The translations under genes were made by a program, and so were the position numbers. Source: Sphingomonadaceae bacterium (lineage in GTDB: Bacteria > Pseudomonadota > Alphaproteobacteria > Sphingomonadales > Sphingomonadaceae). From it: 32,000 nt of DNA. Of the stretch, positions 19,860-29,356 are shown piece by piece. The notes under the pieces are model-generated. The model saw nothing but the letters and a program-made list of their open reading frames with translations, did no database searches and was not told the origin of the DNA. Every line of letters begins with the position of its first letter. Position 1 is the first letter of the stretch. The DNA is taken from contig OZ248513.1 of the NCBI GenBank assembly GCA_965234565.1, forward strand, positions 499,667-531,666, given 5' to 3'.

Positions 19860-21344
19860 CTATTTCTTGAAAAGCACCCGATCCTCCGGGCCAAAGCCCC
19901 AGCGCCAAATCACCCAAAGATAGACGCCAAGGATCGCCGGAATGCCAAAGGCAAGTTCCGCCCATTCGGGAAGCTGGGTTGCACCTACGCCGATGATCGT
20001 GGCGGCGGCAACCGCGGGCAACAGGCTCCACCGCCAGATGCGGATCGGCTCGCCCAATATCCGAGCCAGAAGGACCACCTTGGCGAGCGAGGCAACGCCC
20101 AGTGCGAGCATCAATGCGCAAGCCACGGCAGCGGCCTGGGCAAGGCCAAGATACTCCGGTTTCAGCCCCAGCATCGGCACCATCTCGATCAGGATCAGGC
20201 TAAGCACCACCTGCAGGCCAAGCATGAACAGCGACAGGATGAGGTTGCGGTGCCGCGCCATATAGACAAGCGCACTTTCACTGACCACGGCCGTCGCGGC
20301 GGCGACCTCTGCCGCCAGAAGGAAGGCCATGGCCGCCGTGCCGCCGACAAATTCCGGACCGACGAGCCCCATAACCGCTTCGCCTGGAATGCCGAGTGCA
20401 AGGGCGATTCCGGCCTGTGCGGCGATGATCCAGAAGCCGACCTGACCAACCTGCCGTGCAATTTCGCGATAATTTTTCGCCTGCAAATTTCGGGTGATGA
20501 CGGGGCCGAGGATCGGATCGAAGCTCGATTTCAGTTTCTGCGGCAGGCTGGCGACCTGCTGCGCAACATAATAGATGCCGACCACGGCGGGGCTTGCGAA
20601 CAGACCGAGGATCGCAAGGTCGAGCCGGCGGCTACCCCATTCAATGGCGTCGGCCGCGGCGAGCGGCAGATTGCGCCGAGCCAGCCCGTAAAGCTCCGCC
20701 GGACGGGGGCGCCAGCCGCGAAGACTTCCATAGCTGCGCCAGAGCGGCCAGAGCGCAGCAAACATGGCAGCAATGATCGATGCAACATAGGACAGGATCA
20801 GGCCATCGCGCGCCGAATAGAAAAACAGCAGGCCAGCGGCGATGCTGATTGTCCAGGGTTCCACAATCGCACGTGCCCGCACGGTCGAGGCGACATCAAA
20901 GCGATAGGCCAGCGCAGCAAGCGCGATTTCGGTCCAGACAATGGCAAAGATCGTGAGGGGCAGAAACCGGTCGAGCCCGTTAAGCGCACTGTTCGGAAAC
21001 ATCAGCTGCGGTAACGCGATCAGCACTGCCGCCCCAATCGCCGATGCAAAAGTTGCCACCAGCATCGCATCGCCGACGATATGGGTATCGGGCCGTTCCT
21101 GCCGCGACAGCGCCTCGGCTAACCCGCGGCGCAGACCGAGCGTTGCCAGTTGCGCGACAAATTCGACGATCAGGATTGCATAGGCAAAACGCCCTAGTAC
21201 TTCCGGCCCGTAAAGCCTTCCCGCAATGAACAGGAAAGGCAGGCGTGCGGCCAGACGCAGGACGAAGCCGAACACGTTGGTGCGTCCGCCCTTGGCCAGC
21301 GCTTTGAGGTCTGCCTCATCTTGCCCCGAAGTTGAAGCTGTCAA
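19860..21344 (-). CDS. MOP-superfamily polysaccharide/oligosaccharide flippase (Wzx-like)
   Basis: 494 aa, polytopic with about 12-14 TM helices. The N-terminal ...GGRTNVFGFVLRLAARL region is typical of polysaccharide biosynthesis transporters. The start overlaps the gpsA stop. Confidence 0.65.
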   Translation of the reverse strand: MTASTSGQDEADLKALAKGGRTNVFGFVLRLAARLPFLFIAGRLYGPEVLGRFAYAILIVEFVAQLATLGLRRGLAEALSRQERPDTHIVGDAMLVATFASAIGAAVLIALPQLMFPNSALNGLDRFLPLTIFAIVWTEIALAALAYRFDVASTVRARAIVEPWTISIAAGLLFFYSARDGLILSYVASIIAAMFAALWPLWRSYGSLRGWRPRPAELYGLARRNLPLAAADAIEWGSRRLDLAILGLFASPAVVGIYYVAQQVASLPQKLKSSFDPILGPVITRNLQAKNYREIARQVGQVGFWIIAAQAGIALALGIPGEAVMGLVGPEFVGGTAAMAFLLAAEVAAATAVVSESALVYMARHRNLILSLFMLGLQVVLSLILIEMVPMLGLKPEYLGLAQAAAVACALMLALGVASLAKVVLLARILGEPIRIWRWSLLPAVAAATIIGVGATQLPEWAELAFGIPAILGVYLWVIWRWGFGPEDRVLFKK

Positions 21345-22327
21345 CGTTCGGCCTTCAACGGCCGGGCGAGCAGCGCCCCGATCACTTCGTTCACGCTGGC
21401 GCCGCCTTCAAGGAGTGCGCAGACTGCCTCTACGATCGGCATCTCCACGCCCAGCACCTGCGCCGACTGGTGCAGGACCGGCGCGGTGAACGCCCCTTCG
21501 GCAACTGTCCGCCGGTCAGCCATCAGCTCAGCTGCCGGTTTTCCTTGGCCGAGCCCGCGGCCGAGCGAGAAATTACGACTATTTTCGGAACTGCAGGTGA
21601 GCACAAGGTCGCCTAGTCCCGACAGCCCGCCGAGCGTGTCTGCACGCGCCCCGCGGGCAAGGCCATAACGTTGCATTTCGGCAAATCCACGCGCAATCAG
21701 AGCTGCCCGGGCGTTGAGGCCAAGCCCCGCGCCGTCAACGACGCCGCAGCCAATGGCGAGCACATTCTTGACCGCGCCCCCAATTTCGGCACCAACAACA
21801 TCATCGGACCAATAGGGTCGAAAGGCAGGCGTCGCGACCAGCCGCATCAACTGCGCACCCAATGGCTGGCTTTCGCAGGCCAAAGTGATCGCAGTCGGCT
21901 TACCGGCCGCCACTTCATGCGCGAACGTAGGGCCCGATAGCACCGCGAGCGGATTGTCGGGGCGCTGCTGCGCCACCACTTCGGAGACGAGCAACTGCGT
22001 CCCTGCCTCGATACCCTTTGAGCACAACAACAGCGGCGCCTTGATATCGGGCAGCCGATCGAGCGTGGCGCGCAGATGCTGTGCCGGCGTAACTAGGAGC
22101 AGCGCCGAACAATCCGCCATGTCGGTCATGTCGCCCGTCGCCTGAATTTGCGAAGGCAGCGGGATATTCGGCAAATAAAGCGGGTTACCCTGCCCGCCAT
22201 TGATCGCGGCCACCACTTCGGGCTCGATTGCCCAAAGCAGCACGCGGTCATGATTTTGTGCCATGACGCAGGCAAGAGCCGTGCCCCATGCCCCCGCACC
22301 GACCACGCCTATTGGCGGCCCGCTCAT
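21341..22327 (-). CDS. gpsA: NAD(P)H-dependent glycerol-3-phosphate dehydrogenase
   Basis: Rossmann motif [10 protein letters not shown], and [12 protein letters not shown] with the C-terminal domain. Confidence 0.9.
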   Translation of the reverse strand: MSGPPIGVVGAGAWGTALACVMAQNHDRVLLWAIEPEVVAAINGGQGNPLYLPNIPLPSQIQATGDMTDMADCSALLLVTPAQHLRATLDRLPDIKAPLLLCSKGIEAGTQLLVSEVVAQQRPDNPLAVLSGPTFAHEVAAGKPTAITLACESQPLGAQLMRLVATPAFRPYWSDDVVGAEIGGAVKNVLAIGCGVVDGAGLGLNARAALIARGFAEMQRYGLARGARADTLGGLSGLGDLVLTCSSENSRNFSLGRGLGQGKPAAELMADRRTVAEGAFTAPVLHQSAQVLGVEMPIVEAVCALLEGGASVNEVIGALLARPLKAER

Positions 22328-23358
22328 GCCTTAACCCCCGCTCCGCGTGCAGCCTCTGCGTTCGGGTCAAGTGGCCAGCGCGGGCGCGCCGCCACGTCCA
22401 GCGGGTCGGTCATCCCCGCCGCGAAACGTTCTGCACCTGCCCATGCGATCATCGCGCCATTATCGGTGCACAGCCAGTGCGGCGGCGCGACGAAGCGCAT
22501 GCCGTGCCGGCCGGCCAGAGCCTGCAACATGGCGCGCACCGCTTCATTGGCCGCAACGCCGCCGGCAACAACCAGCGCGGGCAGTGGTTCAATCCGTGCA
22601 AGGCTATATTCGAGCCGGTCCTGGAGGCAATCAACCACGGCCTGCTGGAACGAAGCGGCAATATCCTCTGCACGATGCTGCCCGCTTTCATGGGCCCGCA
22701 GAACGGCACTTTTTAGCCCCGCAAAGCTGAAATGCGGTTCGTCTGCACCTTTCAAAGGCCGCGGCAGCGGCACCGCCGTCGCGCCACCATTTTTCGCAGC
22801 TCGTTCGACCGCGGGCCCACCGGGAAATCCGAGGCCCAATATCTTCGCGCTCTTGTCAAAGGCCTCGCCTACGGCGTCGTCGATTGTCGTTGCCAACCGG
22901 TCATAATCGCCAACGCCATTCACGCGCAGCAACTGACAATGCCCGCCCGACACAAGCAGGAGCAAATAGGGAAATTCCAACTCTGCATCGACCAAGCGGG
23001 GCGAGAGGGCATGGCCTTCGAGATGGTTAACCGCAATCAGCGGCTTGCCCGCCGCCATGGCGAGCGCCTTGGCCGTCACCAGCCCGACCATAACGCCGCC
23101 GATCAGCCCGGGGCCAGCCGTTGCCGCAATTGCATCGACATCATCAAGCGTCAGCCCTGCATCGGCAAGCGCGGTCTCGACAAGCGGGGTCATGAGGTCA
23201 GCATGCGCACGTGCGGCAATTTCCGGCACCACGCCGCCAAAGGCGCGGTGATGATCTTCCTGCCCCGCCAGCGCATGCGCCAGCACCGTGCGGTCAGACC
23301 GCACCAGCGCGGCAGCGGTTTCGTCACAACTCGATTCAAGGCCAAGGATGATTGCCAT
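22324..23358 (-). CDS. tsaD: tRNA N6-adenosine threonylcarbamoyltransferase
   Basis: [19 protein letters not shown]-terminus, plus GVMVGL and VSGGHCQL motifs. I set the start at the ATG at 23356-23358. The track ORF extends 119 codons further upstream over hemC and is not credible. Confidence 0.9.
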   Translation of the reverse strand: MAIILGLESSCDETAAALVRSDRTVLAHALAGQEDHHRAFGGVVPEIAARAHADLMTPLVETALADAGLTLDDVDAIAATAGPGLIGGVMVGLVTAKALAMAAGKPLIAVNHLEGHALSPRLVDAELEFPYLLLLVSGGHCQLLRVNGVGDYDRLATTIDDAVGEAFDKSAKILGLGFPGGPAVERAAKNGGATAVPLPRPLKGADEPHFSFAGLKSAVLRAHESGQHRAEDIAASFQQAVVDCLQDRLEYSLARIEPLPALVVAGGVAANEAVRAMLQALAGRHGMRFVAPPHWLCTDNGAMIAWAGAERFAAGMTDPLDVAARPRWPLDPNAEAARGAGVKA

Positions 23359-23399
23359 CCGCTTCCCCTTAGGCGCAGCCCCCGCTATGGACAAGCCGC

Positions 23400-24308
23400 A
23401 TGACCCCATCAGCCTCTTCGCCCTTGCGCATCGGAACCCGTTCTTCGCCTCTCGCCCTTGCCCAGGCCGAAATGACGCGCGCCGCGCTGGTTGCCGCACA
23501 TGACTGGCCGGTTGCAGCTGTCGCGCTGGTGCCAATGCTGTCAAGCGGCGACAAGGTGCAGGACCGGCCACTTGCCGAAATCGGTGGCAAGGCGCTCTGG
23601 ACCAAGGAGCTGGAACGCGCGCTAATTGACGATGAAATCGATATTGCGGTGCATTCGATGAAGGATGTCGAAACCCTTCGCGCAGACATTTTCTCCATCG
23701 CCGCCATGCTGCCACGTGCCGATGCGCGCGACCGGCTTATCGGGGCGCATAGCATTGCCGCATTGCCGCAAGGTGCCCGTATCGGCACATCTAGCCCGCG
23801 GCGCGCTGCCCAGCTAAAGGCACTGCGGCCTGACCTCCATACTGGAATGATCCGGGGCAATGTTGCGACCAGGCTTGCGAAACTGGCCGAAGGTGAATTT
23901 GATGCGACGCTTCTCGCCGCAGCCGGGCTCGACCGGCTAGGCATGGCTGATACCGGCACCGCAATCGATCCGGCCGAGATGCTACCTGCTGCATCGCAGG
24001 GTGCGATCGGAATTGATTGCCTTGCTGCACGGCCCGCTATTGCAGCCCTCCTCCAGCCGGTGAACGATGCCACCACCTTTGCCTGCGTCATGGCAGAGCG
24101 CGCTTTCCTCGCTGCACTGGGCGGCACCTGCCATTCACCGGTGGCGGCACAGGCCCGGATGGAAACAGGGATGATTATCCTGCGCGGCCAGATATTGAAT
24201 GAGGATGGCAGCGAATGCCATGAAGCCGAAAGCAATGACCCTGTCGCTCTCGCCGCTGAACTTCTTGGCCGGGCAAGCCCCGCGCTCGCGGCCTTGTTCA
24301 CGCCATGA
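23400..24308 (+). CDS. hemC: Hydroxymethylbilane synthase (porphobilinogen deaminase)
   Basis: Motifs [20 protein letters not shown] and RGNVATRL, and a C-terminal Cys (GGTCHSP). Confidence 0.9.
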   Translation: MTPSASSPLRIGTRSSPLALAQAEMTRAALVAAHDWPVAAVALVPMLSSGDKVQDRPLAEIGGKALWTKELERALIDDEIDIAVHSMKDVETLRADIFSIAAMLPRADARDRLIGAHSIAALPQGARIGTSSPRRAAQLKALRPDLHTGMIRGNVATRLAKLAEGEFDATLLAAAGLDRLGMADTGTAIDPAEMLPAASQGAIGIDCLAARPAIAALLQPVNDATTFACVMAERAFLAALGGTCHSPVAAQARMETGMIILRGQILNEDGSECHEAESNDPVALAAELLGRASPALAALFTP

Positions 24309-25018
24309 GAATCCTGATCATCCGTCCGGAACCTGGTGCATCCGCCAGTGCGGCACGGGCCCTGGCGGCAGGTTTCGAACCGGTTTGCCTGCCCTTTTTC
24401 GAAATTGCACCACGGCCATGGCAAGCACCCAATCCACAGCTGTTCGACGCTGTCATGGTCACGAGCTCCAATGCGATCCGAAAAGCCGGGGCTCAACTAG
24501 ACAAACTGCATAGCTTGCCATTTCACGCAGTCGGCGCGCGGAGTGCAGATGCCGTAAGGGATGCCGGCCTCACCCTTGCCTCGACGGGAACAGCGGGCGT
24601 TGAGGCGCTGGTCGCGTCAGCTGCAGCGGCCGGACATAGCCGGCTTCTCTGGCTTGCTGGTGAAGACCGCACCAAGATAAATCCGCCAGCGGGCTCCACA
24701 ATAGATATCTTGACCATTTATGCGTCTGATCATGTTGCGCTGGGTCCAGAGGCCGGGGCGATGATCGCATCTTGCCCCATAGTCGCGCTGCATTCGGCGC
24801 GGGCCGCAGCCGCCTTTGGCGATTATGTCGACAATTCAGGCTTAACGCGCCAAAGATTCACGCTGGCGGCCTTTTCACCGGCAATTGGCGCGGCCGCCGG
24901 ACGGGGCTGGGCGGGTATTGCGACGGCCGCCACGCCCGATGACGCGGCACTGTTGTCGCAGGCGCACATGCTTGTTAGACAGACGCTCAAGAGAAACGAC
25001 AAGGGAAACGGGTTTTGA
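24305..25018 (+). CDS. hemD: Uroporphyrinogen-III synthase
   Basis: ATGA overlap with hemC. The size (237 aa) and the [10 protein letters not shown]...SSNA pattern are typical of HemD. This family is poorly conserved, so confidence is moderate. Confidence 0.7.
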   Translation: MRILIIRPEPGASASAARALAAGFEPVCLPFFEIAPRPWQAPNPQLFDAVMVTSSNAIRKAGAQLDKLHSLPFHAVGARSADAVRDAGLTLASTGTAGVEALVASAAAAGHSRLLWLAGEDRTKINPPAGSTIDILTIYASDHVALGPEAGAMIASCPIVALHSARAAAAFGDYVDNSGLTRQRFTLAAFSPAIGAAAGRGWAGIATAATPDDAALLSQAHMLVRQTLKRNDKGNGF

Positions 25019-25791
25019 ACTGGAGAACGGGCACAGCCTTGGCGATACTCGCCTTTATCGGGGGAGGTCTTGCGATAAGCTGGCTATCTTCATCGGGTCT
25101 GATGCCATGGAGTGCGGCGCCGCAGGTTCAGAACGAAGCAGAGTCCGGCCTTTCAGATCCCGCGCCACCCATCGCCAATCCGATGACGGCTGCGCCGCTG
25201 GTTCCCCAAATCATTCAGCCCATCGCTGATTCCACGCGCACCGAAGCCATGCTAACCGTGATGGCTGCCCGCCGCGCAATCGCGAGTGGCGCGCCATTAG
25301 GGGATGTCGCTGCGCGATTGCAGGCAAGCTTCGGAACCACCCAACCACAAGCTTTATCAAAAATTCTGGCCGCTGATCGTGAAAGGCTGACTCCGGCAGT
25401 GCTGCTTTCCGATTTCGATGCCATTGCCCCGCAACTTGCCCGTGAACCAGCAATGACCTGGGACGGTCTGCAGCGCGAGCTGGCTAGCCTGTTTGTGCTG
25501 CGTCGTACGGGGTCGCCTCCGGAAACGGTCGGCGGCCAATTGCAGCAGACGCGAGATTATCTGGCAGGTGGTAATGTTGAGGCCGCGATGCGCTTTATCG
25601 AAACGCTGCCGGGTGCCAGCAATGGTCAGGCATGGAAGACAAAGGCCCGCCGCTATTTGGATACACAGCGCGCGCTCGACCAGCTTGAAGCCGCCGCAAT
25701 TGCGCTTCCCGTTGCGCCTGTCGCTCCGCTGGTTGCGCCTGAGCAGCTAGCGCCCGCGACGGCCACCGGCAAAGACACAACGCAGCCCTGA
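25015..25791 (+). CDS. Membrane-anchored protein with a mitofilin-like C-terminus (alphaproteobacterial Mic60-type candidate)
   Basis: TTG start overlapping the hemD TGA, then one N-terminal TM helix (ALAILAFIGGGLAISWL). The C-terminal YLAGGNVEAAMRFIETLPG...AWKTKARRYLDTQRALDQLEAAA resembles the mitofilin signature. It sits directly after hemC-hemD. Confidence 0.5.
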   Translation: MNWRTGTALAILAFIGGGLAISWLSSSGLMPWSAAPQVQNEAESGLSDPAPPIANPMTAAPLVPQIIQPIADSTRTEAMLTVMAARRAIASGAPLGDVAARLQASFGTTQPQALSKILAADRERLTPAVLLSDFDAIAPQLAREPAMTWDGLQRELASLFVLRRTGSPPETVGGQLQQTRDYLAGGNVEAAMRFIETLPGASNGQAWKTKARRYLDTQRALDQLEAAAIALPVAPVAPLVAPEQLAPATATGKDTTQP

Positions 25792-25810
25792 ACAGGATGC
25801 ACTAGGCTGG

Positions 25811-26887
25811 CTATTCGCGCGTTCGCGCCATAACCGCCTCGGTCACATTGTCGCTGAACATCCCGTCGATCCCGGCATCAAGAAAAGCACGAATCTCGCC
25901 TACAAGATCGCCATGACCCGCCGGGTTCAACCCGGATTTGTGACTGAGCGGCAGGAAATAGTTTTCGCGCCGCATCGTCCAAACATGCACCTTGAGGCCC
26001 GCAGCATGGGCATTGGCGACAAGCCCTGTCGGTTGCCCAAGATTGCCGATAAGCGTGCGCGGAATCACCATCGCCTTTTCAACGCCGATCCCGTCGGCAT
26101 AGCTGGCAACCTCCTTGAGCCCCGCAGGCGTCGCCATTTCGGCATAGCTTTGCTCTTCATCGTCCGCCGGCCCGCCATCGGCCGACATGAGTTGGATCAG
26201 CGGCAGCTTCGTCTTGGGCCGCAACGCCTTCAGATTTTCGACCTCAAAGCTCTGAATGAACACCGGGCTACCCTCGTCCGCCATGCCATGCGCGGCAAGC
26301 GTCTGCAGCAAAGGCACCTCATGCGGCAGACCGATGGCGGCGAAATAGGATGGATGCTTGGTTTCCGGATAAACCCCGATTATGCGCCCAGTCTCCTCGC
26401 TTTGGGTGCGCGCAAGTTCAAGAATTTCCGCAAAGGTCGGGATGTCGAACTGGCCGTCAAAGGCGGTGTTTGCCTTGCGCAACTGCGGCAACCGCTCCCG
26501 CGCGCGCAGCGTCTTCAGTTCGGCAAGGGTGAAATCTTCTGTGAACCAGCCGGTGAATTTATGGCCGTCAATGATCTTGCTGGTCCTGCGATCGGCAAAT
26601 TCGGGGCGACTGGCAACGTCGGTGGTTTCCGAAATCTCATTTTCGTGCCGGGCGACAAGCACCCCGTCCCGCGTCAGGACCAGATCGGGTTCGATATAGT
26701 CCGCACCCTGCTCGATCGCGAGGGCATAGCTGGCAATGGTATGCTCGGGCCGCTCTCCACTCGCACCGCGATGCGCGATGATGATCGGCGTGCCAGTTGA
26801 CGCGGTCACCACAGCCTCACCCTTCGCCAAGGAACAGGCGGCCAAAAAGGGCAGCAGCAAAAATGGCAGAATAAGCGGTCTGATCAT
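25811..26887 (-). CDS. glpQ: Periplasmic glycerophosphodiester phosphodiesterase
   Basis: Signal peptide with lipobox-like LAAC, then IIAHRGASGERPEHT and YIEPDLVLTRDG, which are GDPD catalytic motifs. Confidence 0.85.
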   Translation of the reverse strand: MIRPLILPFLLLPFLAACSLAKGEAVVTASTGTPIIIAHRGASGERPEHTIASYALAIEQGADYIEPDLVLTRDGVLVARHENEISETTDVASRPEFADRRTSKIIDGHKFTGWFTEDFTLAELKTLRARERLPQLRKANTAFDGQFDIPTFAEILELARTQSEETGRIIGVYPETKHPSYFAAIGLPHEVPLLQTLAAHGMADEGSPVFIQSFEVENLKALRPKTKLPLIQLMSADGGPADDEEQSYAEMATPAGLKEVASYADGIGVEKAMVIPRTLIGNLGQPTGLVANAHAAGLKVHVWTMRRENYFLPLSHKSGLNPAGHGDLVGEIRAFLDAGIDGMFSDNVTEAVMARTRE

Positions 26888-26937
26888 CGCACATCCTTTC
26901 CCTGCCTTTCATTGCAATTGCGTGACGGCGCCGTGGA

Positions 26938-27288
26938 TCATGCACCGAAGGCAGTTTCCCATTCAGCGGGCTTGAAGCCAACAAGCAGGCCGCCCGGATA
27001 TTCCACTACTGGCCGCTTGATCATGCTTGGCTGTTCCACCATCAGCGCGACCGCCTTTGCCTGATCAAGACCGGTCTTTGCATCATCCGGCAGTTTCTTG
27101 AAGGTCGTGCCTGCACGATTAAGGATCGTCTCCCATCCTTTTTCGTCGCACCAACGCTCCAGTTTCTCGGCATCGGCACCCGCTTTCTTGTAATCGTGAA
27201 AAGCATAGGCGAGTCCCTTGCCGTCGAGCCAGACGCGCGCCTTTTTCACCGTGTCGCAATTAGGGATGCCGTAAAATGTGATGCTCAT
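26938..27288 (-). CDS. ArsC/Spx/YffB-family thioredoxin-fold protein
   Basis: 116 aa. ITFYGIPNCDTVKKARVWL N-terminus and KRPVV motif. Confidence 0.8.
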   Translation of the reverse strand: MSITFYGIPNCDTVKKARVWLDGKGLAYAFHDYKKAGADAEKLERWCDEKGWETILNRAGTTFKKLPDDAKTGLDQAKAVALMVEQPSMIKRPVVEYPGGLLVGFKPAEWETAFGA

Positions 27289-27374
27289 AATGCCTCTTAT
27301 TCTGTGCGTGCCGCATTTAGCTATGCCGGACCGCGCGAGGCAAGCGATGCTTTCCCCCTAATTGGGCATCGGCT

Positions 27375-27881
27375 ATGCGTCGTGCCATGACAGAGCAAGG
27401 CATATTGATCCTCACCACCGGCGGAACGATCGACAAAAATTATTTCGATGCGCTGTCGGAATATCAGATTGTCGATAGCGGTATCCCCGCATTGCTCCAA
27501 GAGGCACGCGTGGCATTGCCTTATCGGTTGGTCGAAGTGATGCGCAAAGACAGTCTGGAACTCACCGACGCCGATCGCACCCTCATCGCCGCTGCTGCTC
27601 GCGAGGCCCCGGAAACACGCATTGTCATTACCCACGGCACCGATACGATGACCGAGACAGCGAAGCTGCTCGCGGCGGACGTGCCGGATAAAACCATCGT
27701 GCTCACAGGTGCACTCAGCCCTGCCCGCTTCGCCGAAACCGATGCGCCCTTCAATCTGGGTATGGCATTCGCTACCGCCCAAATGGCTCCGCCCGGAATT
27801 TGGATCGCGATGAGTGGTCAGGTGTTTAATGGCCTGAAAGTCAGGAAAGACCGTGCGGCAGGGAAGTTTGTAGCGATCTGA
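27375..27881 (+). CDS. Asparaginase N-terminal-domain-only protein
   Basis: ILILTTGGTIDK (the TGGTI threonine motif) and ITHGTDTM. At 168 aa it is about half the length of a canonical L-asparaginase. An alternative ATG lies at 27387. Confidence 0.7.
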   Translation: MRRAMTEQGILILTTGGTIDKNYFDALSEYQIVDSGIPALLQEARVALPYRLVEVMRKDSLELTDADRTLIAAAAREAPETRIVITHGTDTMTETAKLLAADVPDKTIVLTGALSPARFAETDAPFNLGMAFATAQMAPPGIWIAMSGQVFNGLKVRKDRAAGKFVAI

Positions 27882-27887
27882 ACAGAT

Positions 27888-28541
27888 TTAAGACGGGCGT
27901 CCCAACCACCACCGGTAAGTCAGCCATGCGCAAAGTGGCAATATGACTGCACCCAACATTGCGAGCCCGCCTGAATTGGTCGACATCGCCGCAGCCCCAA
28001 TTCCTGCATAAACGAATGCGACCGCCAGATTGGCCAACCCCGTCAGCAGCAGGAAAAGCCGAAGCGGCATCGCTGACATGCCTGCTGCAAGCGATGCCAA
28101 TTCGGCGAACACCGGAACGGGTCGCGACAGGATCAAAAGGAGAGGCCCAAAACCCGCAGCAACACGGTGCGCACGCTCAAGTTCCTGTTCACCCAACAAC
28201 CGCCGTGCGAGCGGCCGTGCAGCTATTGCGCCCGCGCCATAGCCCAATAGGCTTGCTGCCATCAGGCCGATCCAGATCACTGCCATTCCACCCGCAAAAC
28301 CGAATATTGCCCCGGCAAGTGTATTGGTAACGCCGTTGGGAACGGGAAGGAAAATATCGAGCGCAAGCGCTGCAATGATAAGTGAAGCCACCATCATCGG
28401 GTGGTGCCGCGCCTTATCAGCGGCGGCATTGGCGATCTGTTCAATCTGGTCCGCAAAAACCAGCGGCCCGAGCAGGACCAAGGCACCGATCGCAGCAAGC
28501 GCCAGCCAGCGCCCCAAGGGGCGATGGGCGCTCACTCCCAC
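27888..28541 (-). CDS. TVP38/TMEM64 (DedA/VTT-domain) family membrane protein
   Basis: 217 aa, polytopic and Gly/Ala-rich. The track start is a GTG at 28539-28541, preceded directly by an in-frame TGA with no obvious SD. The 5' end abuts the compositional break. Confidence 0.6.
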   Translation of the reverse strand: MGVSAHRPLGRWLALAAIGALVLLGPLVFADQIEQIANAAADKARHHPMMVASLIIAALALDIFLPVPNGVTNTLAGAIFGFAGGMAVIWIGLMAASLLGYGAGAIAARPLARRLLGEQELERAHRVAAGFGPLLLILSRPVPVFAELASLAAGMSAMPLRLFLLLTGLANLAVAFVYAGIGAAAMSTNSGGLAMLGAVILPLCAWLTYRWWLGRPS

Positions 28542-28568
28542 TCAACGATTCACTTCTATGAAACATAT

Positions 28569-28662
28569 ATAAATCAATTAGTTAGCTCCAATTTTACGTT
28601 TTGTGTAACTAATGCGATTTAAGATTTATTCCAATAAATCAATTACTTAGGTATGTAATTGA
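28569..28662. repeat. Repeat cluster of two 17-nt direct repeats plus an 8-8-8 inverted-repeat site
   Basis: ATAAATCAATTAGTTAG (28569-28585) and ATAAATCAATTACTTAG (28634-28650) match at 16/17. TCAATTAC (28639-28646) and GTAATTGA (28655-28662) are perfect inverted repeats around the 8-nt spacer ttaggtat. Confidence 0.6.
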
Positions 28663-28738
28663 AATCTCGTGTCGTAGGTGCACAATGTGTAAACATCATA
28701 CTTACGCAAACCGTCTCTTTCCAGTGCCTTTCTCGTGA

Positions 28739-29158
28739 TTATTTCGCTTTCGAACCAACGCCAGTGACGCTGCTCAAAGCAGTATCAAGCTCGCCGTTCA
28801 AAACAGCTTCCTTTACCGTTGAGAGAACCGTGCTGACCTCTGACGCATTAGTGCATTGAATAGCGTTCTTGCCCTTCGCAAGCTCGATCGGTTTGCTGCC
28901 ATAACGCACTGTTAGTTGCACTGTATCGTCAGCGTTCACGACCCACCATCGTTTGATGCGCTTTGTTACTTCACGACGATGCTGATTGCCGCTTTCGTCA
29001 GTGACAGTAACAAACTTGCTTGGTGTATATTTTGGGTCTGTAGAAAGTTTGATCTGCTGATCGATCTTATCTGCCAGTTTACGACGACGCACGAAAATGC
29101 GCCCTTGTGCTGTTTCTGGTCGAAACTCGATCAGCTTCAGCGATGATATTAGCGACAT
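28739..29158 (-). CDS. Hypothetical basic protein (139 aa), island-borne
   Basis: ATG at 29156-29158 is preceded by AAGGAG at 6-nt spacing. Lys/Arg-rich (RRRKLADK, KRIKRWW). I recognise no family. Confidence 0.65.
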   Translation of the reverse strand: MSLISSLKLIEFRPETAQGRIFVRRRKLADKIDQQIKLSTDPKYTPSKFVTVTDESGNQHRREVTKRIKRWWVVNADDTVQLTVRYGSKPIELAKGKNAIQCTNASEVSTVLSTVKEAVLNGELDTALSSVTGVGSKAK

Positions 29159-29257
29159 TGCATTCTCCTTTTTCGAGAACTCAATGTGAATCCTTCATTT
29201 TGATATTCCTACCGAAATGTAGCCTCGCAAAAACTCAAGCTTTAAAGTTTAAAGTAA

Positions 29258-29305
29258 GCTGTCGGTTTTCCCGACGATCAATGCGTTGTCGGGAAAACCG
29301 ACAGC
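29258..29305. other. Perfect 18-bp-stem hairpin with a 12-nt loop, either a terminator or a candidate nick/origin site
   Basis: GCTGTCGGTTTTCCCGAC (29258-29275), loop GATCAATGCGTT, then GTCGGGAAAACCGACAGC (29288-29305). It is preceded by the tandem TTTAAAG TTTAAAG (29241-29254). Confidence 0.7.
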
Positions 29306-29322
29306 GCATCGTTTGTCAGTTC

Positions 29323-29356
29323 AGTTTTCTGTTCCGCTCTCCTAAAACAGAAAACT
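29323..29356. other. Second hairpin (11-bp stem, 12-nt loop) touching the stop codon of the 101-aa gene
   Basis: AGTTTTCTGTT (29323-29333) and AACAGAAAACT (29346-29356). Confidence 0.55.

Noticed and set aside
19818-21014. 398-aa plus-strand ORF opposite the flippase gene, and similar long antisense ORFs (1095..1718, 7427..8344, 8154..8678, 22148..22906, 23369..24496, 25913..26800)
   Set aside because: All overlap well-supported genes on the other strand and translate to biased Arg/Pro/Gly/Ala-rich sequence. They are high-GC shadow ORFs, not overprinted genes.
23359-23715. 119-codon N-terminal extension of the tsaD ORF overlapping hemC
   Set aside because: The conserved TsaD N-terminus [14 protein letters not shown] begins at the ATG at 23358. 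The extension is Arg/Pro-rich and would overlap the hemC coding region on the opposite strand.
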